IMG/VR virus record: IMGVR_UViG_3300037246_000452
Coordinates: 25,219 to 89,218 of that record
DNA length: 64,000 nucleotides
Direction: 5' to 3' (one strand)
Source of the DNA: a virus
Shown: in pieces, positions 38,956-49,380 of the stretch
How the letters are laid out: every line of letters begins with the position of its first letter
Numbering within the stretch: position 1 is the stretch's first letter
Position numbers and translations under genes: made by a program
Notes under the pieces: model-generated
Databases searched by the model: none
Told to the model about the DNA's origin: nothing
What the model saw: the letters and a program-made list of their open reading frames with translations, nothing else

Positions 38956-39435
38956 TTAATCTTCCTGTATTAATACAAACAGTTTATCGAATTCATCAGC
39001 TACCTTCTGTGTATCTTCTTCCCCGTACTTCCATGCCAAATCAAATAGCTCGTCCAGTTTAGGGTGGCAAATCATCTTATATGAGCAGGCCAATCCTGCC
39101 TTCAGTTCTATCTTTGCTTGAAACTTATCATCGGCCTCAGTTCCGTCCTCGGCAATGTCTCCTTCGAGAAAGTCTAAGTCATGTTCTATTTCATAACCGT
39201 CTTCCCCGAAACTCTTGCCATCGATGATCTTAATGTGCTCATCCTTGTATGCAGCTTCACCGGAGCAGTCAATCATCTCACAGTTCAAGCATTCTTTTGT
39301 ACCCGGTGGGTTGTCCCCCTCACTATTGAATACTTGTACAGCATGAAATAAATGATTGCCTTCATACCATATAGCCTTTGTACCCTTCTTTACATAATAT
39401 CCTAAATCAGCCCAACCTTGAAATGTTCTTAACAT
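38956..39435 (-). CDS. hypothetical protein with ArdC-N-like motif
   Basis: N-terminal TFQGWADLGYYVKKGTKA resembles the TF.QW...G..V.KGEK motif. Confidence 0.4.
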   Translation of the reverse strand: MLRTFQGWADLGYYVKKGTKAIWYEGNHLFHAVQVFNSEGDNPPGTKECLNCEMIDCSGEAAYKDEHIKIIDGKSFGEDGYEIEHDLDFLEGDIAEDGTEADDKFQAKIELKAGLACSYKMICHPKLDELFDLAWKYGEEDTQKVADEFDKLFVLIQED

Positions 39436-40715
39436 TCAATCTCCCTGTTCCATTAGTTTCGTATGTCTCCGCCCCAACTCCTTCAACGCCTCGGCATAGA
39501 AATGGCGGTTAGTGGCCCTGATAGCTACCAGCCTGCATCCGTGCTCATAAAAAACACCTTCAATATGAGTGTCCTTACCCTCCATATGCACTACTAGATG
39601 TTTGTAATCAATCTTTGTTATATCTGCTATTACGTAGTCACTACCCATCACCCCTCCTAAGTAAATGAAATACTTTTGTTCTCTTTTATGAATTTACCGC
39701 CTCGCTGCAAGGGTGCTTCATACCAAACGTAACCGCAGTTTGTGCAAGTCCTTTTAATACGCTCAAACTGAGTATCCGCATCAACTTGGAATTCTGCTTC
39801 AGCGCCTCCAACCCCGCACTTGATACATGATCTCATACTCATATAATTATCTAATTTACCTGCCATTCAATTCTCCCTTACTTAAATTTAGGCCATGTTC
39901 CCTCTGCAAGCCTCCCACCTACACACCTGCACCAGCCAGTATAACCTTTTTCATTATATTCATACTCGTACTGCCCTATTCTGTGCCATGCAGTCATTAC
40001 CCCTCCTACAATTAATTCATAGTTATCTTGCTTTTTTTGCTCTATCAAGATCGGCTATAAAATTCTCTTGAATATCGGGCATCGCCAAATAACCTCTTTT
40101 CCTTTGATTTACCAATAGCAGAGCAAACCTAGCTTGTTCTGCCGTCAACTCATTAATAATTTTAGTCGCCTGATTAAACCTCTTATCATCCTCTTTTCGC
40201 AAAGTCACTTCTATTCCTTTTAGTGTTTTACCATCCATCTACATCCTCCTTTGCAATTAATTTCATTTATATATTTCCAGTGCTGAGATAACCTCTACTT
40301 TTTCAGCTTCTAGTCGTTTAATAAATTCTGAGTCGTTGCCAACAACTTCTAGTAAATATTTGATTTCATCTAAGTGTTTTCTTAGGTAGTGGTCAACCCC
40401 TTTGGAACCATCCGTGTGATTTTTTATCAAAGTTGAATCTTTTCTAGCGTATTCAGCTAATTTTAAACATATTTGTAAAGTCATAATGCTCCCGTAACCC
40501 GTTTGATATTATGCTCTTGTGCTTTCTTCCCCGCCACTTCCATGTTGCAGAAAGGACCAGTTACAACTATATCATCGGGTGCTAAAAAATAACTGTTAAC
40601 GCCTGTGTCTCCGAATTCATAACCTGCTATCTCTAAGTGCTCTTTAACTTCTTTCTGTGCTGTAGTCATATCGGCCTCCATGCCTTTGTTTTTGTATTAA
40701 TTTGATTTATAAGTA

Positions 40716-40744
40716 AGTATACCTTTATAAAAAGGGTTTGTCAA
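40716..40744 (-). promoter_or_regulatory. sigma70-type promoter
   Basis: TTGACA-17-TATACT with the shared leader. Confidence 0.85.
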
Positions 40745-40761
40745 GTTTATTATTACTATAA

Positions 40762-41247
40762 TTAAATAATATTTAATCTTGCAAATTCCCCATAATACTT
40801 AATAGCCAAAGTGTTATATGCTACAGCGGCCTCTAGTGCAGTCTCATGATACCCGCCTCGTACTTTTTTACCTTCCTTTGTCAGTGTCGCTCTCCAAGGT
40901 TTTGCTCTAGTCTGATCTTTGCAAAGCTCTATCCCCTTATACCCTGTGGTGTTATTCTTGTACTTCTTTTTATTATACAAATTTTGAGCTAAAGTACATA
41001 GGCGTAGATTTGATCTTCTGTTGTCTAGCCCGTTACCGTTTATATGATCTACTACCTCTCCTTTAATCGCGCCTGTAATAACCCTGTGCATTAGTAATAT
41101 TTCACCATGCTCCATTCGTCTAGCGTAACTAAGATCACTCTGAGCTGTGTATCCAGACCATTTAACCAAGCCTATCTTAGTAAAATCAATGGCGTCTATT
41201 AGGTATATCCCTCCGTTTTGTAATTGTAGCCTTCTTGTAACTCCCAT
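40762..41247 (-). CDS. HNH-AP2 homing endonuclease
   Basis: MHR.I....VDHINGNGLDNRRSNLR; N.TGYKG...WRA....G....A.EAA.AYN. Confidence 0.88.
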   Translation of the reverse strand: MGVTRRLQLQNGGIYLIDAIDFTKIGLVKWSGYTAQSDLSYARRMEHGEILLMHRVITGAIKGEVVDHINGNGLDNRRSNLRLCTLAQNLYNKKKYKNNTTGYKGIELCKDQTRAKPWRATLTKEGKKVRGGYHETALEAAVAYNTLAIKYYGEFARLNII

Positions 41248-41327
41248 AAAAATACCTCCTTATGTACTTATAAATATAATACCACAGGTACCTTTAAAAG
41301 TATATGAAAATCCCCCTAAGTTCTTGG

Positions 41328-41360
41328 AAAAAATCCCCCTGTACCTTTTAGTACAGAGGG
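41328..41360 (-). terminator. intrinsic terminator ending the tail/lysis operon
   Basis: Minus strand CCCTCTGTAC-TAAAAG-GTACAGGGGG-ATTTTTT. Confidence 0.75.
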
Positions 41361-41373
41361 CAACTTGACTTAC

Positions 41374-41628
41374 CTAGTGTGAGATAGGTTCCTTGTCGGG
41401 TTCAGCCAAACATTCATCTATATCCTCATACATCTTGTAAATGTATCCTGTCGGAAAACATTCATAGCCTTGCTTAGTCGGATGGCTTATTGGCTCCTGA
41501 CCTTCAGGGAGAATTCCTCCGTTTCTTACGATTGAGTAGCCGCACCCTCCGAGCATAACCACTGAGCCTAACACCAATAGCATGGCTATCTTGTTTCGCC
41601 AGCTCCTTATTCCTAGCATGTCGTTCAC
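41374..41628 (-). CDS. o-spanin-like lipoprotein (Rz1-like)
   Basis: Lipobox LGGC; overlaps the upstream membrane-protein gene in another frame. Confidence 0.6.
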   Translation of the reverse strand: MNDMLGIRSWRNKIAMLLVLGSVVMLGGCGYSIVRNGGILPEGQEPISHPTKQGYECFPTGYIYKMYEDIDECLAEPDKEPISH

Positions 41629-41710
41629 GCTCCTCGACCTTTACCGGCCTGACTCTCTCCTTCATTATAAAGAAGATGATCTCCAGTAGTGCCTTAATCA
41701 GGCTTAACAT
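41504..41710 (-). CDS. i-spanin-like protein (Rz-like)
   Basis: N-terminal hydrophobic helix plus charged helix; follows the holin. Confidence 0.55.
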   Translation of the reverse strand: MLSLIKALLEIIFFIMKERVRPVKVEERERHARNKELAKQDSHAIGVRLSGYARRVRLLNRKKRRNSP

Positions 41711-41937
41711 TACTTGGTCTCAATAGCTGCCTTAGCCTTCTCAATCTTATGACCGATACCCACTAAACTAAGACCTGCTGCGATAGAAAATACCCCACCC
41801 TTTGCAGCTGCGAGACCCCCGTCAACATTACCATCTATTGCACTCAGCACACCTTGGATAATACCCCCAAGTCCAATCAGTATCAGTGCTGTTGCTGATG
41901 CCTTAGTCTTCCATCCACCTATTTTAACTTTGTCCAT
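41710..41937 (-). CDS. holin
   Basis: Two TM segments, GWKT motif, basic C-terminus; next to the endolysin. Confidence 0.65.
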   Translation of the reverse strand: MDKVKIGGWKTKASATALILIGLGGIIQGVLSAIDGNVDGGLAAAKGGVFSIAAGLSLVGIGHKIEKAKAAIETK

Positions 41938-41957
41938 ATCCCTGTCCTCCTTTCCTG

Positions 41958-42553
41958 TTATTTAACCTTAGGCCTTATTGCCTCGATTAATTCTTTTAAC
42001 ATATCACCCGGACAATGCTTCTTCCCAAAGTGATAGTGCCCATATAGTGCTGAGTTGTCCCAATTCCAGTTCGCCTTACATAGCTCCCATAGAAGTACAG
42101 CTGATACTCGCTGCTGAGGTGTCGGGTCAATGGCCCCTTTCTTCTCCATTCCTTCAGCTTTGAAAAGCCCAGTGAACATGACTGACATGTACTTGGCATT
42201 TTCGTCCCCAATCTTTTTCTTATCCCCCTGACTCCAGACTTTCTTACTGAAGTCATTACAGAGACAAATCATTCCGTCCTTCTCTATTGCCCATGTATAA
42301 GAGATACTTTCCAACCCTGTAGGCCACAGGTGATTGCCTTCAGACGTGTGGTACTTGGCTATCCCTGACAGAGAATAGTTACCTAATGCTTGATGAAACA
42401 CCAAACCTTCCAAGTCCTCTACTGATCTCTCCTGCCATTTATAGCCGTTCTCATTCCTATGGAGCTTTAATCTTTTATCTTCAGGCTTTGGGATATTCAT
42501 ATTTTCAACATACACCCCCAACTCCTGTAAAAACTTCTCCTCATTTAAAATCA
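41958..42553 (-). CDS. endolysin, N-acetylmuramoyl-L-alanine amidase (Amidase_2-like)
   Basis: LVFHQ...YH....ISY.W.I..DG...GHYHFGKKHCPG. Confidence 0.8.
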
Positions 42554-43086
42554 TAGGTAACACCTCCCTCATATATGTAGTGCCTGTCTTCTGTTAAAGA
42601 CCTATATGAGGCACTGTACCATAGATTTAGTCTTTTAGTTACTACTACCTTAAGGTCTCCTGAATACATATAGTCTTTGGACTCGTTCAAATTCGGCTGA
42701 TAGTATAATACCAATGACCCATACTCATTCTGTATCCTTGGGCGTATGGAAGCTTTTACCGTATCCCTGCCTTCATACGTATGACTCAAAACTCCAACAC
42801 TCAAGGATGCCTCAGAACTACCCTCATCATAGAAGGTATACTTCGGGCCAGCTCCTACTGTCACTTCCTTTTTATTGAAATTCCTTGTCTCCCTGACGTG
42901 AGTATAATCAAACCAAGTACTCCATTTATCCGTATACTCTGTGCTTATATCTAAATTCAGTGTTTGTTTTCCTTGGTCATCAATACTTAAGGATATAGTG
43001 TTCGCCCACACTACTCTAGTGGATGTAACAATAAACAATATCAGAAGTAATAATACTACCCACCTATGTTTGCTCTGAAAATCCAT
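42541..43086 (-). CDS. putative outer-membrane beta-barrel protein (DUF481/YdiY-like)
   Basis: Signal peptide ending VWA; about 10 amphipathic strands; YQPN....DY; C-terminal GVTYDF(K). Confidence 0.55.
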   Translation of the reverse strand: MDFQSKHRWVVLLLLILFIVTSTRVVWANTISLSIDDQGKQTLNLDISTEYTDKWSTWFDYTHVRETRNFNKKEVTVGAGPKYTFYDEGSSEASLSVGVLSHTYEGRDTVKASIRPRIQNEYGSLVLYYQPNLNESKDYMYSGDLKVVVTKRLNLWYSASYRSLTEDRHYIYEGGVTYDFK

Positions 43087-43526
43087 ACCAAACTACCCCC
43101 TATCACTGTCACTATAAACGCCCCAATACCACCAAGTAACATTGTTACAAACGCCATTAGTATAGTAAATGTTCTGTTCTTAATCATAGTGTCTTGTTCA
43201 TCTATCTTTCGTGTATTAGCCTCTATTTGTTTTTCGTAAGAATTTACCGTTGCTTGTAGCCCTTCCACTACACGTTGCCTTTTCCATATATCATCAAATT
43301 CCGTCCGTACCCCATCGGAAGTTTTCTGCAAATGTAAAAGGTGGCCTTCCAACTCCACATGTTTAACTTGAACCCCTGCCAACTTTTCGAGAGATTTCTT
43401 AAGTTCACCAATACTGGCTTTAATAGGGTCTATTGCAGTGTTTACCGCTTTTTCCACATCCTCAAGCTTAATACACATGTTCTTACTCCCTTTCAGGTTT
43501 CGTTTATAATTACTCTTACTGCCCAC
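43056..43526 (-). CDS. coiled-coil protein with C-terminal TM anchor (lysis-associated)
   Basis: Heptad-rich N-terminal region, hydrophobic C-terminus. Confidence 0.55.
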   Translation of the reverse strand: MGSKSNYKRNLKGSKNMCIKLEDVEKAVNTAIDPIKASIGELKKSLEKLAGVQVKHVELEGHLLHLQKTSDGVRTEFDDIWKRQRVVEGLQATVNSYEKQIEANTRKIDEQDTMIKNRTFTILMAFVTMLLGGIGAFIVTVIGGSLVWIFRANIGG

Positions 43527-43563
43527 AATAATACCTCCTCATGCAATTAATTGCAACAACAAT

Positions 43564-45338
43564 TTATGCTTGCATTATAGTTGATAAGTTCAGTGTATCC
43601 TCATCGGCTATAACTACCTCTACTGCTTTACTCGCCCCAACAAAGGCCAAAGAGGATACGGTATATGTCTGGTTCTTAGCGAGAGTCAGTATTGCTACTC
43701 CCTGAACATCAGTTGCCTGACTATACTCCCGGGCGTCCAGTATAATGTTTCCAGTCGCCACAGGCCCATCTTGGATTACTGCTGTAAATAGAACTCCTTC
43801 TTCTGGATTCAATCCTATATCCTTTAGATTGCAGTATACATTACATTGGTCTGGGTCTGATGGAAGAGGGATAGTAAATACATCCCCATACCTTATAAAA
43901 GTCTCGTCCTGCGTAACCACTATTGTCTGGGGCAAATCAAAGGTACAAGCGGCTTTTTTAGGCATAAGCTTATATGTGCTAGCATCCATACTTAAAAGTA
44001 GTTGCCCGTTGACATCCGTAGTCTTCCGCTCTATAAAGGCATCCATTGCTTCATTAAATATAGACACATCTACTCCTATCATTGGAGTTGTCCCACCTGT
44101 CTCATAGAATTGAACAATTATGTTAAAAGCTCCCACTCCTCCTGATATTGCATCTAACTGATCAGATATATCTTTTAAGGTGTCTCCATCTGCTCCTGCT
44201 TGTGCAATTCCTGCCAATTGATCCGTTGCAAACCTCGCGCTATCCTCTATTACACCACCTGCGGCAATAAAGGCTGCTGCACCTGTAATTTTTTGATGCC
44301 CTGCGATACGTATAGTACCACCTGTACAACTTGCATCTATGATAATCTGCCCATCTCCATCAAAGCTCAGATTGTCTCCTGTCTTCATATTTTTAATCCC
44401 CATCCCGCCATGATAGCCCCGGAAATTAAAATTAGTAGCCCCTATTGCTGCTCCGTAATCAAATGAAGGTGTTCCTGTTCCAGCAACTGCTGAATGACTA
44501 TCACCTACGAAAAAGAAGTCCCCTGCCGCCCCAGCCGTGAAAGTCCCGGCAAATCCACATTTATGATAACTGCTTGGAGGTGCAGTGATATTACCAACTA
44601 TAGAATCACAAAATTTAGGTGGTATTGCTCCGGTGCATATTCCATTGACAGATGTGGCTCCATGGTAGAAAGAACCACTTATACTCTGATTGCCAAGGAT
44701 TAATGTCCAAGCTTCTCCAATATACTGTTGTTTTTCATGTGCTGCTGTAAGCGTAAGCGTAGAGCCTGGTTTAATCTTAACTTGGTCCACTTTCAGAGCA
44801 ACTTTAAGAGTGAGTAGATCTGTCTCATTATCAACAGGTTTATCAAGAGTTCCATTCACAAAAGGTTCATCTCCGGCCACACCGCCTTCTGAGTCATAAT
44901 AAATAAACCCGCCTTCATACCCACCAAGTTCTAAAAGTTCGCGAATTCGTCTTCCAAAAGATTTATTAATATTGTGAGTGGAACTATCAAGTACTCTATC
45001 AAAGAGTCCTTCTCCAAAAAATGGATGCTGTGCGCTTGCGTGTCCGTAAGTTGAGATATTGATTGTATCTGCCTTCCACTCAGCTCCAGCCGCATCAATG
45101 AATTGAATCTGAATCTGCTTGCCGGTCAATTCCGCTACCGAGACAGTTACCTTTACCTGTGTCCCTCCTGCGGGAGTCACCACTGGGATAGTATCAATGT
45201 TCCCAAAGTCAACTCCATCCTGAGTCACCTTTACATCCCCTGCCGCAATAGTTGGATTAACCTGATACGCGTCAGAACCTGCTGTCTTCAGGGCTATATA
45301 GAAAATAAATTCCGTCCCATATTTAACTAGCTTTTCCA
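43564..45338 (-). CDS. tail fibre/virion protein (start MEKLVKY)
   Basis: Gly/Thr-rich, beta-helix-like middle region; end of the tail module. Confidence 0.6.
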
Positions 45339-45373
45339 TTAAGTCCCCCCCTTTTTTTAATAAAGATTCATAC

Positions 45374-46585
45374 TTAAAATTTCTCACTCCAGACGAGACT
45401 ACCTGTGGTGTCTGTTGTGGAAGAAGTAGCCTCAAAGCTTAAGGTTAATGTTTCGCCCGGCTCAAGAACAATATTGTATGAAGACAAATCAATAACGTCT
45501 CCAGCACTTTTACTTACTGATATAGTGAATATTGGTTCTCCACCAGTTAATGTTGTCCCTGCTACATCATAGCTTACAACGCTGGTATTCGCACTTATGT
45601 CGTTATAAGTAGGGCTCCCGCCAAGAGTTGCATTTTTAACTAATCGTATAATAACAGGCTTGGTGCCATCGACACCATAACTGAAAGACTTTAATTCTAT
45701 TTCTACTCTATTGGTTTTGGTTACAAAAAGAGCTTTATTCTGAATTGTTAAAATATTTGTTTCAGTTGTCGTAACTGCTGCCTTATCATTTGAGATTGAT
45801 TCAATGTTACCCAACTCCACTTCTTTGCCCTCGATACCGCCCATCATTGACGATGTTTGAAGCATTATATTGGTGGCATTGGATGTATTAACTACTTCAG
45901 CATGAAGAGGTAGTGATGGATTAAAGATCGACGGGTCTGTATAAGCGTTGGCATACTCTATAGTATGGACTTTTATAAACTCACCTGTTGATGGTTTTTC
46001 TATCCAAAAAGTTATAGCACCAAAGCCTAACCATTGATACCTAATTTGGTAAACATTACCTTTTGTTATATCAATAAATGGAAGTCTTCCTGCTCCAGTA
46101 GCTTTGTCATCACTCCATGATGTTTGTGCCGTCCAATTATCTACACTATTCTGCCTCCTTAAAACTCCAAACGATGCACCGTTGCAGCCAAAAAAGAAGC
46201 CATCCACAGCATCACCTATACCTATAATTTGCGATGAATTAGCTACGCAGGCTGTATACACCGTAGTATCTCTAACTAGAGCGCCTTGTCCCGTAGCATA
46301 CCTCAATATACGTCTGGACCAGAGATATGCCGCAGAAGAAGATGCCGCCGTTGTCTGCAATACAGCTTTAGAATTTGATTGCGTTACAGTTCCAGAACCT
46401 ACTGTAGATGTATGTACGAATGCAGTATTTATATTATAGGGAAAACCTATCTGCACTTTAGGGGTTATCTCACCTACTAACAGTTCACCAAAGGCTGCTT
46501 TTTGTAATACTTCTCCCTGAATATAAGTTGCAAAAGCAGCACCCGGTAACACCAACAGTATAACAAGTATTTTTAGTATTTTCAT
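45374..46585 (-). CDS. virion-associated beta-rich protein with signal-peptide-like N-terminus
   Basis: AFGEL..., Y.TGQG, YQWLGFG motifs; MKILKILVILLVLPGAAFA. Confidence 0.55.
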   Translation of the reverse strand: MKILKILVILLVLPGAAFATYIQGEVLQKAAFGELLVGEITPKVQIGFPYNINTAFVHTSTVGSGTVTQSNSKAVLQTTAASSSAAYLWSRRILRYATGQGALVRDTTVYTACVANSSQIIGIGDAVDGFFFGCNGASFGVLRRQNSVDNWTAQTSWSDDKATGAGRLPFIDITKGNVYQIRYQWLGFGAITFWIEKPSTGEFIKVHTIEYANAYTDPSIFNPSLPLHAEVVNTSNATNIMLQTSSMMGGIEGKEVELGNIESISNDKAAVTTTETNILTIQNKALFVTKTNRVEIELKSFSYGVDGTKPVIIRLVKNATLGGSPTYNDISANTSVVSYDVAGTTLTGGEPIFTISVSKSAGDVIDLSSYNIVLEPGETLTLSFEATSSTTDTTGSLVWSEKF

Positions 46586-46595
46586 ATTATCCTCC

Positions 46596-47564
46596 TTAAC
46601 GTATTAGCCATTCCGAGGAACCAGCTATAAAAGATAGTGAATCATATTGAGTTGTAATAGTCTGTCCGAGAGAACCATCTATAGTCTCTGCTCCGTTGCC
46701 GTCTATATAACAACCATTAGCCGCAGACATTAACTTGATCTCCATTAGCCGGCCTTTCTTATCTGCTACAGGTGGCATGGTAGTTGATACATTCCCCAAG
46801 GCCGCATCACATTCTATAAAGTAGATAGGGTCATCTGCAAAGTTTCCTATCGCATAATCCGCCGTTACTGTCGAAATCCCCGAGAAGGCGACCGCCCCTC
46901 CGGTATCAGAACTACCATTATTATCAATGGAAAACTGGCTTACATCATCAACCTGAGCATCAAACAAAAGCTGTGCGCCTGAACCAACCGCTATTTCATC
47001 TCTGCTTATAAGAAAATCGGTTCCATAGGCTGCATCAGTTTGGTCCCACATAGACTGAATAGCCAGCCCTATCGTTCCGGTACTGCCTGTGTGAGTACCA
47101 GATATCGTGACGGATTTTACACCCCCTGTAGTGAAAGTTCTCCCACCTTGAAGAGTTATAGCTTGGCTATTTACTCTTGATTGGATAGACGAAGCCTGTA
47201 CCCCGCCAATAAACCAGCCTAGACCAGTATTATCTATCCTAGCCTTACTTGCCCCTCCGACTTTAAAATTAAGGCCATAACTTGTACCGGGACTTGCTAT
47301 ATCCCACATATTGATCTCAAGACCAGTGTCACTACAACCAGCGCAATCAGTAGTATAATTTATTAAGACTGCGACGTCAGTTCCGGTAGCTTCGTCGAGA
47401 GTAGTGCTGAAAACACCTGACCCTAAGGTGACATCAGAGCCTTCTTGAATGCCCTCACCCACCTCCGCACCGCCTACAATAACAGTCAACCCTGCATAAG
47501 CTGGCATTGCAATTAATAGCAAAAACAATACCCCTACTATCAGGCTTCTCATAAATTTATTCAT
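46596..47564 (-). CDS. tail fibre-like protein with signal-peptide-like N-terminus
   Basis: C-terminal GAETIDG....QYDSL......W module seen in phage fibres; leader ending AYA. Confidence 0.55.
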   Translation of the reverse strand: MNKFMRSLIVGVLFLLLIAMPAYAGLTVIVGGAEVGEGIQEGSDVTLGSGVFSTTLDEATGTDVAVLINYTTDCAGCSDTGLEINMWDIASPGTSYGLNFKVGGASKARIDNTGLGWFIGGVQASSIQSRVNSQAITLQGGRTFTTGGVKSVTISGTHTGSTGTIGLAIQSMWDQTDAAYGTDFLISRDEIAVGSGAQLLFDAQVDDVSQFSIDNNGSSDTGGAVAFSGISTVTADYAIGNFADDPIYFIECDAALGNVSTTMPPVADKKGRLMEIKLMSAANGCYIDGNGAETIDGSLGQTITTQYDSLSFIAGSSEWLIR

Positions 47565-47574
47565 CTTATCCTCC

Positions 47575-48183
47575 TTAGTCGCCCGGTATCGTGGTTATAG
47601 TTACGCTACCTCCAGCTATAGCTTCTACGTAACCTCTAAGTCTTTTTACCCGCCTATTCAATACATGCCTTAAGGTAGACTTAAGTCCTATTTCTTCCGT
47701 CCCTCCAAAAGTCTCAGCGGTGTATGTACCAAATACCTGTATCTGATCGGATGTACTTGAGTCTAATACTCGGTACTCGGCATCATAATTAGTTGAGCCT
47801 ATAACCTCTATATTGTCCCCAAATGTATAGCCATGTGCCGTGGAAGGTAAACCTACAATACCCCCCCCAACATCTACTGCCGCCCCAGCATCCATAGTCT
47901 TAGCTGTGTAGTCCAGCTGATCTACTGGGTACCAGCTCGTACCATTTACTGAGCCCAGCAAGAATAGATTAGCTGCCGTGGGTGCGTCTGTGAACTCAAT
48001 CTCCCAATTATAGTTCCGTATCAGGTAGCCCGAATTATGCATCGTACCCATAGTATTCACCGTACTTACGTTAGTCATTGACACCTTGCTTTTACTCTTC
48101 ATGGGTTGGAGATTATACTCCTCCGCAAAGGCTACCCCCTGCACTGTCAGAAGTAGTATCACCCCTATTAATAGTCTTTTCAT
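47575..48183 (-). CDS. virion-associated protein with signal-peptide-like N-terminus (start MKRLL)
   Basis: SD AAGGAGG; leader ending AFA; AHGY..GD.I...GSTNYD module. Confidence 0.55.
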   Translation of the reverse strand: MKRLLIGVILLLTVQGVAFAEEYNLQPMKSKSKVSMTNVSTVNTMGTMHNSGYLIRNYNWEIEFTDAPTAANLFLLGSVNGTSWYPVDQLDYTAKTMDAGAAVDVGGGIVGLPSTAHGYTFGDNIEVIGSTNYDAEYRVLDSSTSDQIQVFGTYTAETFGGTEEIGLKSTLRHVLNRRVKRLRGYVEAIAGGSVTITTIPGD

Positions 48184-48240
48184 CGTATCCTCCTTATTTG
48201 AAATTAATTGCATTCGTTAATAAATAGGTATACCATACCT

Positions 48241-49380
48241 CTACTCAGAAGTAAACTCAAAAGTCGCCTTCAAACTATCTACCGCCCAAGTCATCTTCTG
48301 TACTATTATTGATTCCGTTCGTTCTTTATTAAGATATACCTTCGTCAGGGGCTTGATAGTGTTACTCATGGGCGCTTTAATAGTAGTCCTGCCTCCTACT
48401 GTCTGCCGGTGCATGATCTTGGTCATCTCTACTTCGTTGCCGGTTGCATACAATGCCTTCTTACTGCCCCGTACCGTTACCTGTGCCCCCGTGCCCCTAA
48501 TAAATACATCATCCTCAACCCTGTGGACTCCTATAAGCCAGCCATTCTCCACTGTGCCATCAGAGAGATGCACCTGCTGAAATATGCTAATCGTTCCATT
48601 AGGTCTAGCTGCTAAGTCCGCAAGTACTTCCGTGTCAGCGGGTATAACTGCTGTCAGGTTCTCCGTCCCCTCTCGGTATATCCCCTTCTCTACAATCCCA
48701 GCATATAACCTCATCTGGAAACTCTTCATCTTTAGGTACACATCAGTCACACCATCGGCTACACCTGATACCTTCAACGTATGAGTTACCTTTAACGGCA
48801 CTGGGTCTACTACAATTGGTGGTACCCCTTCTGGGTCTACGTATAATAACTTATAAGGTACAATCCTTTGGTTACCCCTATCATCAATATAGAGAAATCT
48901 GGCATCTATGGCACAGGAGATCGGGTCATTGAACTGATCTTGTCCACTCCCTTCAGTTCCCAAGTCCATTACGAACCTTCCTTCCTTGGTGAATATCTGA
49001 AACCTGTCATTCTTTGTATCCACCACGTATAACCATGAGCCTTGTGTGCATATCCCTCGGGGCTCATCAAACTCACCCCCGGCTACCCCTATCCGACCAA
49101 ATGAGAATACAAACTCGCCATCTAAGGTAAATGCCTGCACTCGATTATTTCCTGTATCTGTCACGTAGACAAGTACACCATCTGAGCATAACCCAAATGG
49201 ATTATAGAATTTTCCCTCGGCTGAGCCATACCCTCCAAACTCTGAAATATACACCCCGTTCTCATCAAGAATTTGAACTCTATGATTCCCAGCATCCACC
49301 ACATACATGCGGTATCCCATGTTGATGCCTACACTAACCTTGATTAACGTATTTGGCACAGTTACACTCATGGCTCCCAC
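48241..49380 (-). CDS. tail protein with NHL repeats
   Basis: About 4 NHL blades (YV.D.GN.RVQ.F...G.F...FG..G...G.F..P) plus a C-terminal tail-type domain. Confidence 0.75.
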   Translation of the reverse strand: MGAMSVTVPNTLIKVSVGINMGYRMYVVDAGNHRVQILDENGVYISEFGGYGSAEGKFYNPFGLCSDGVLVYVTDTGNNRVQAFTLDGEFVFSFGRIGVAGGEFDEPRGICTQGSWLYVVDTKNDRFQIFTKEGRFVMDLGTEGSGQDQFNDPISCAIDARFLYIDDRGNQRIVPYKLLYVDPEGVPPIVVDPVPLKVTHTLKVSGVADGVTDVYLKMKSFQMRLYAGIVEKGIYREGTENLTAVIPADTEVLADLAARPNGTISIFQQVHLSDGTVENGWLIGVHRVEDDVFIRGTGAQVTVRGSKKALYATGNEVEMTKIMHRQTVGGRTTIKAPMSNTIKPLTKVYLNKERTESIIVQKMTWAVDSLKATFEFTSE

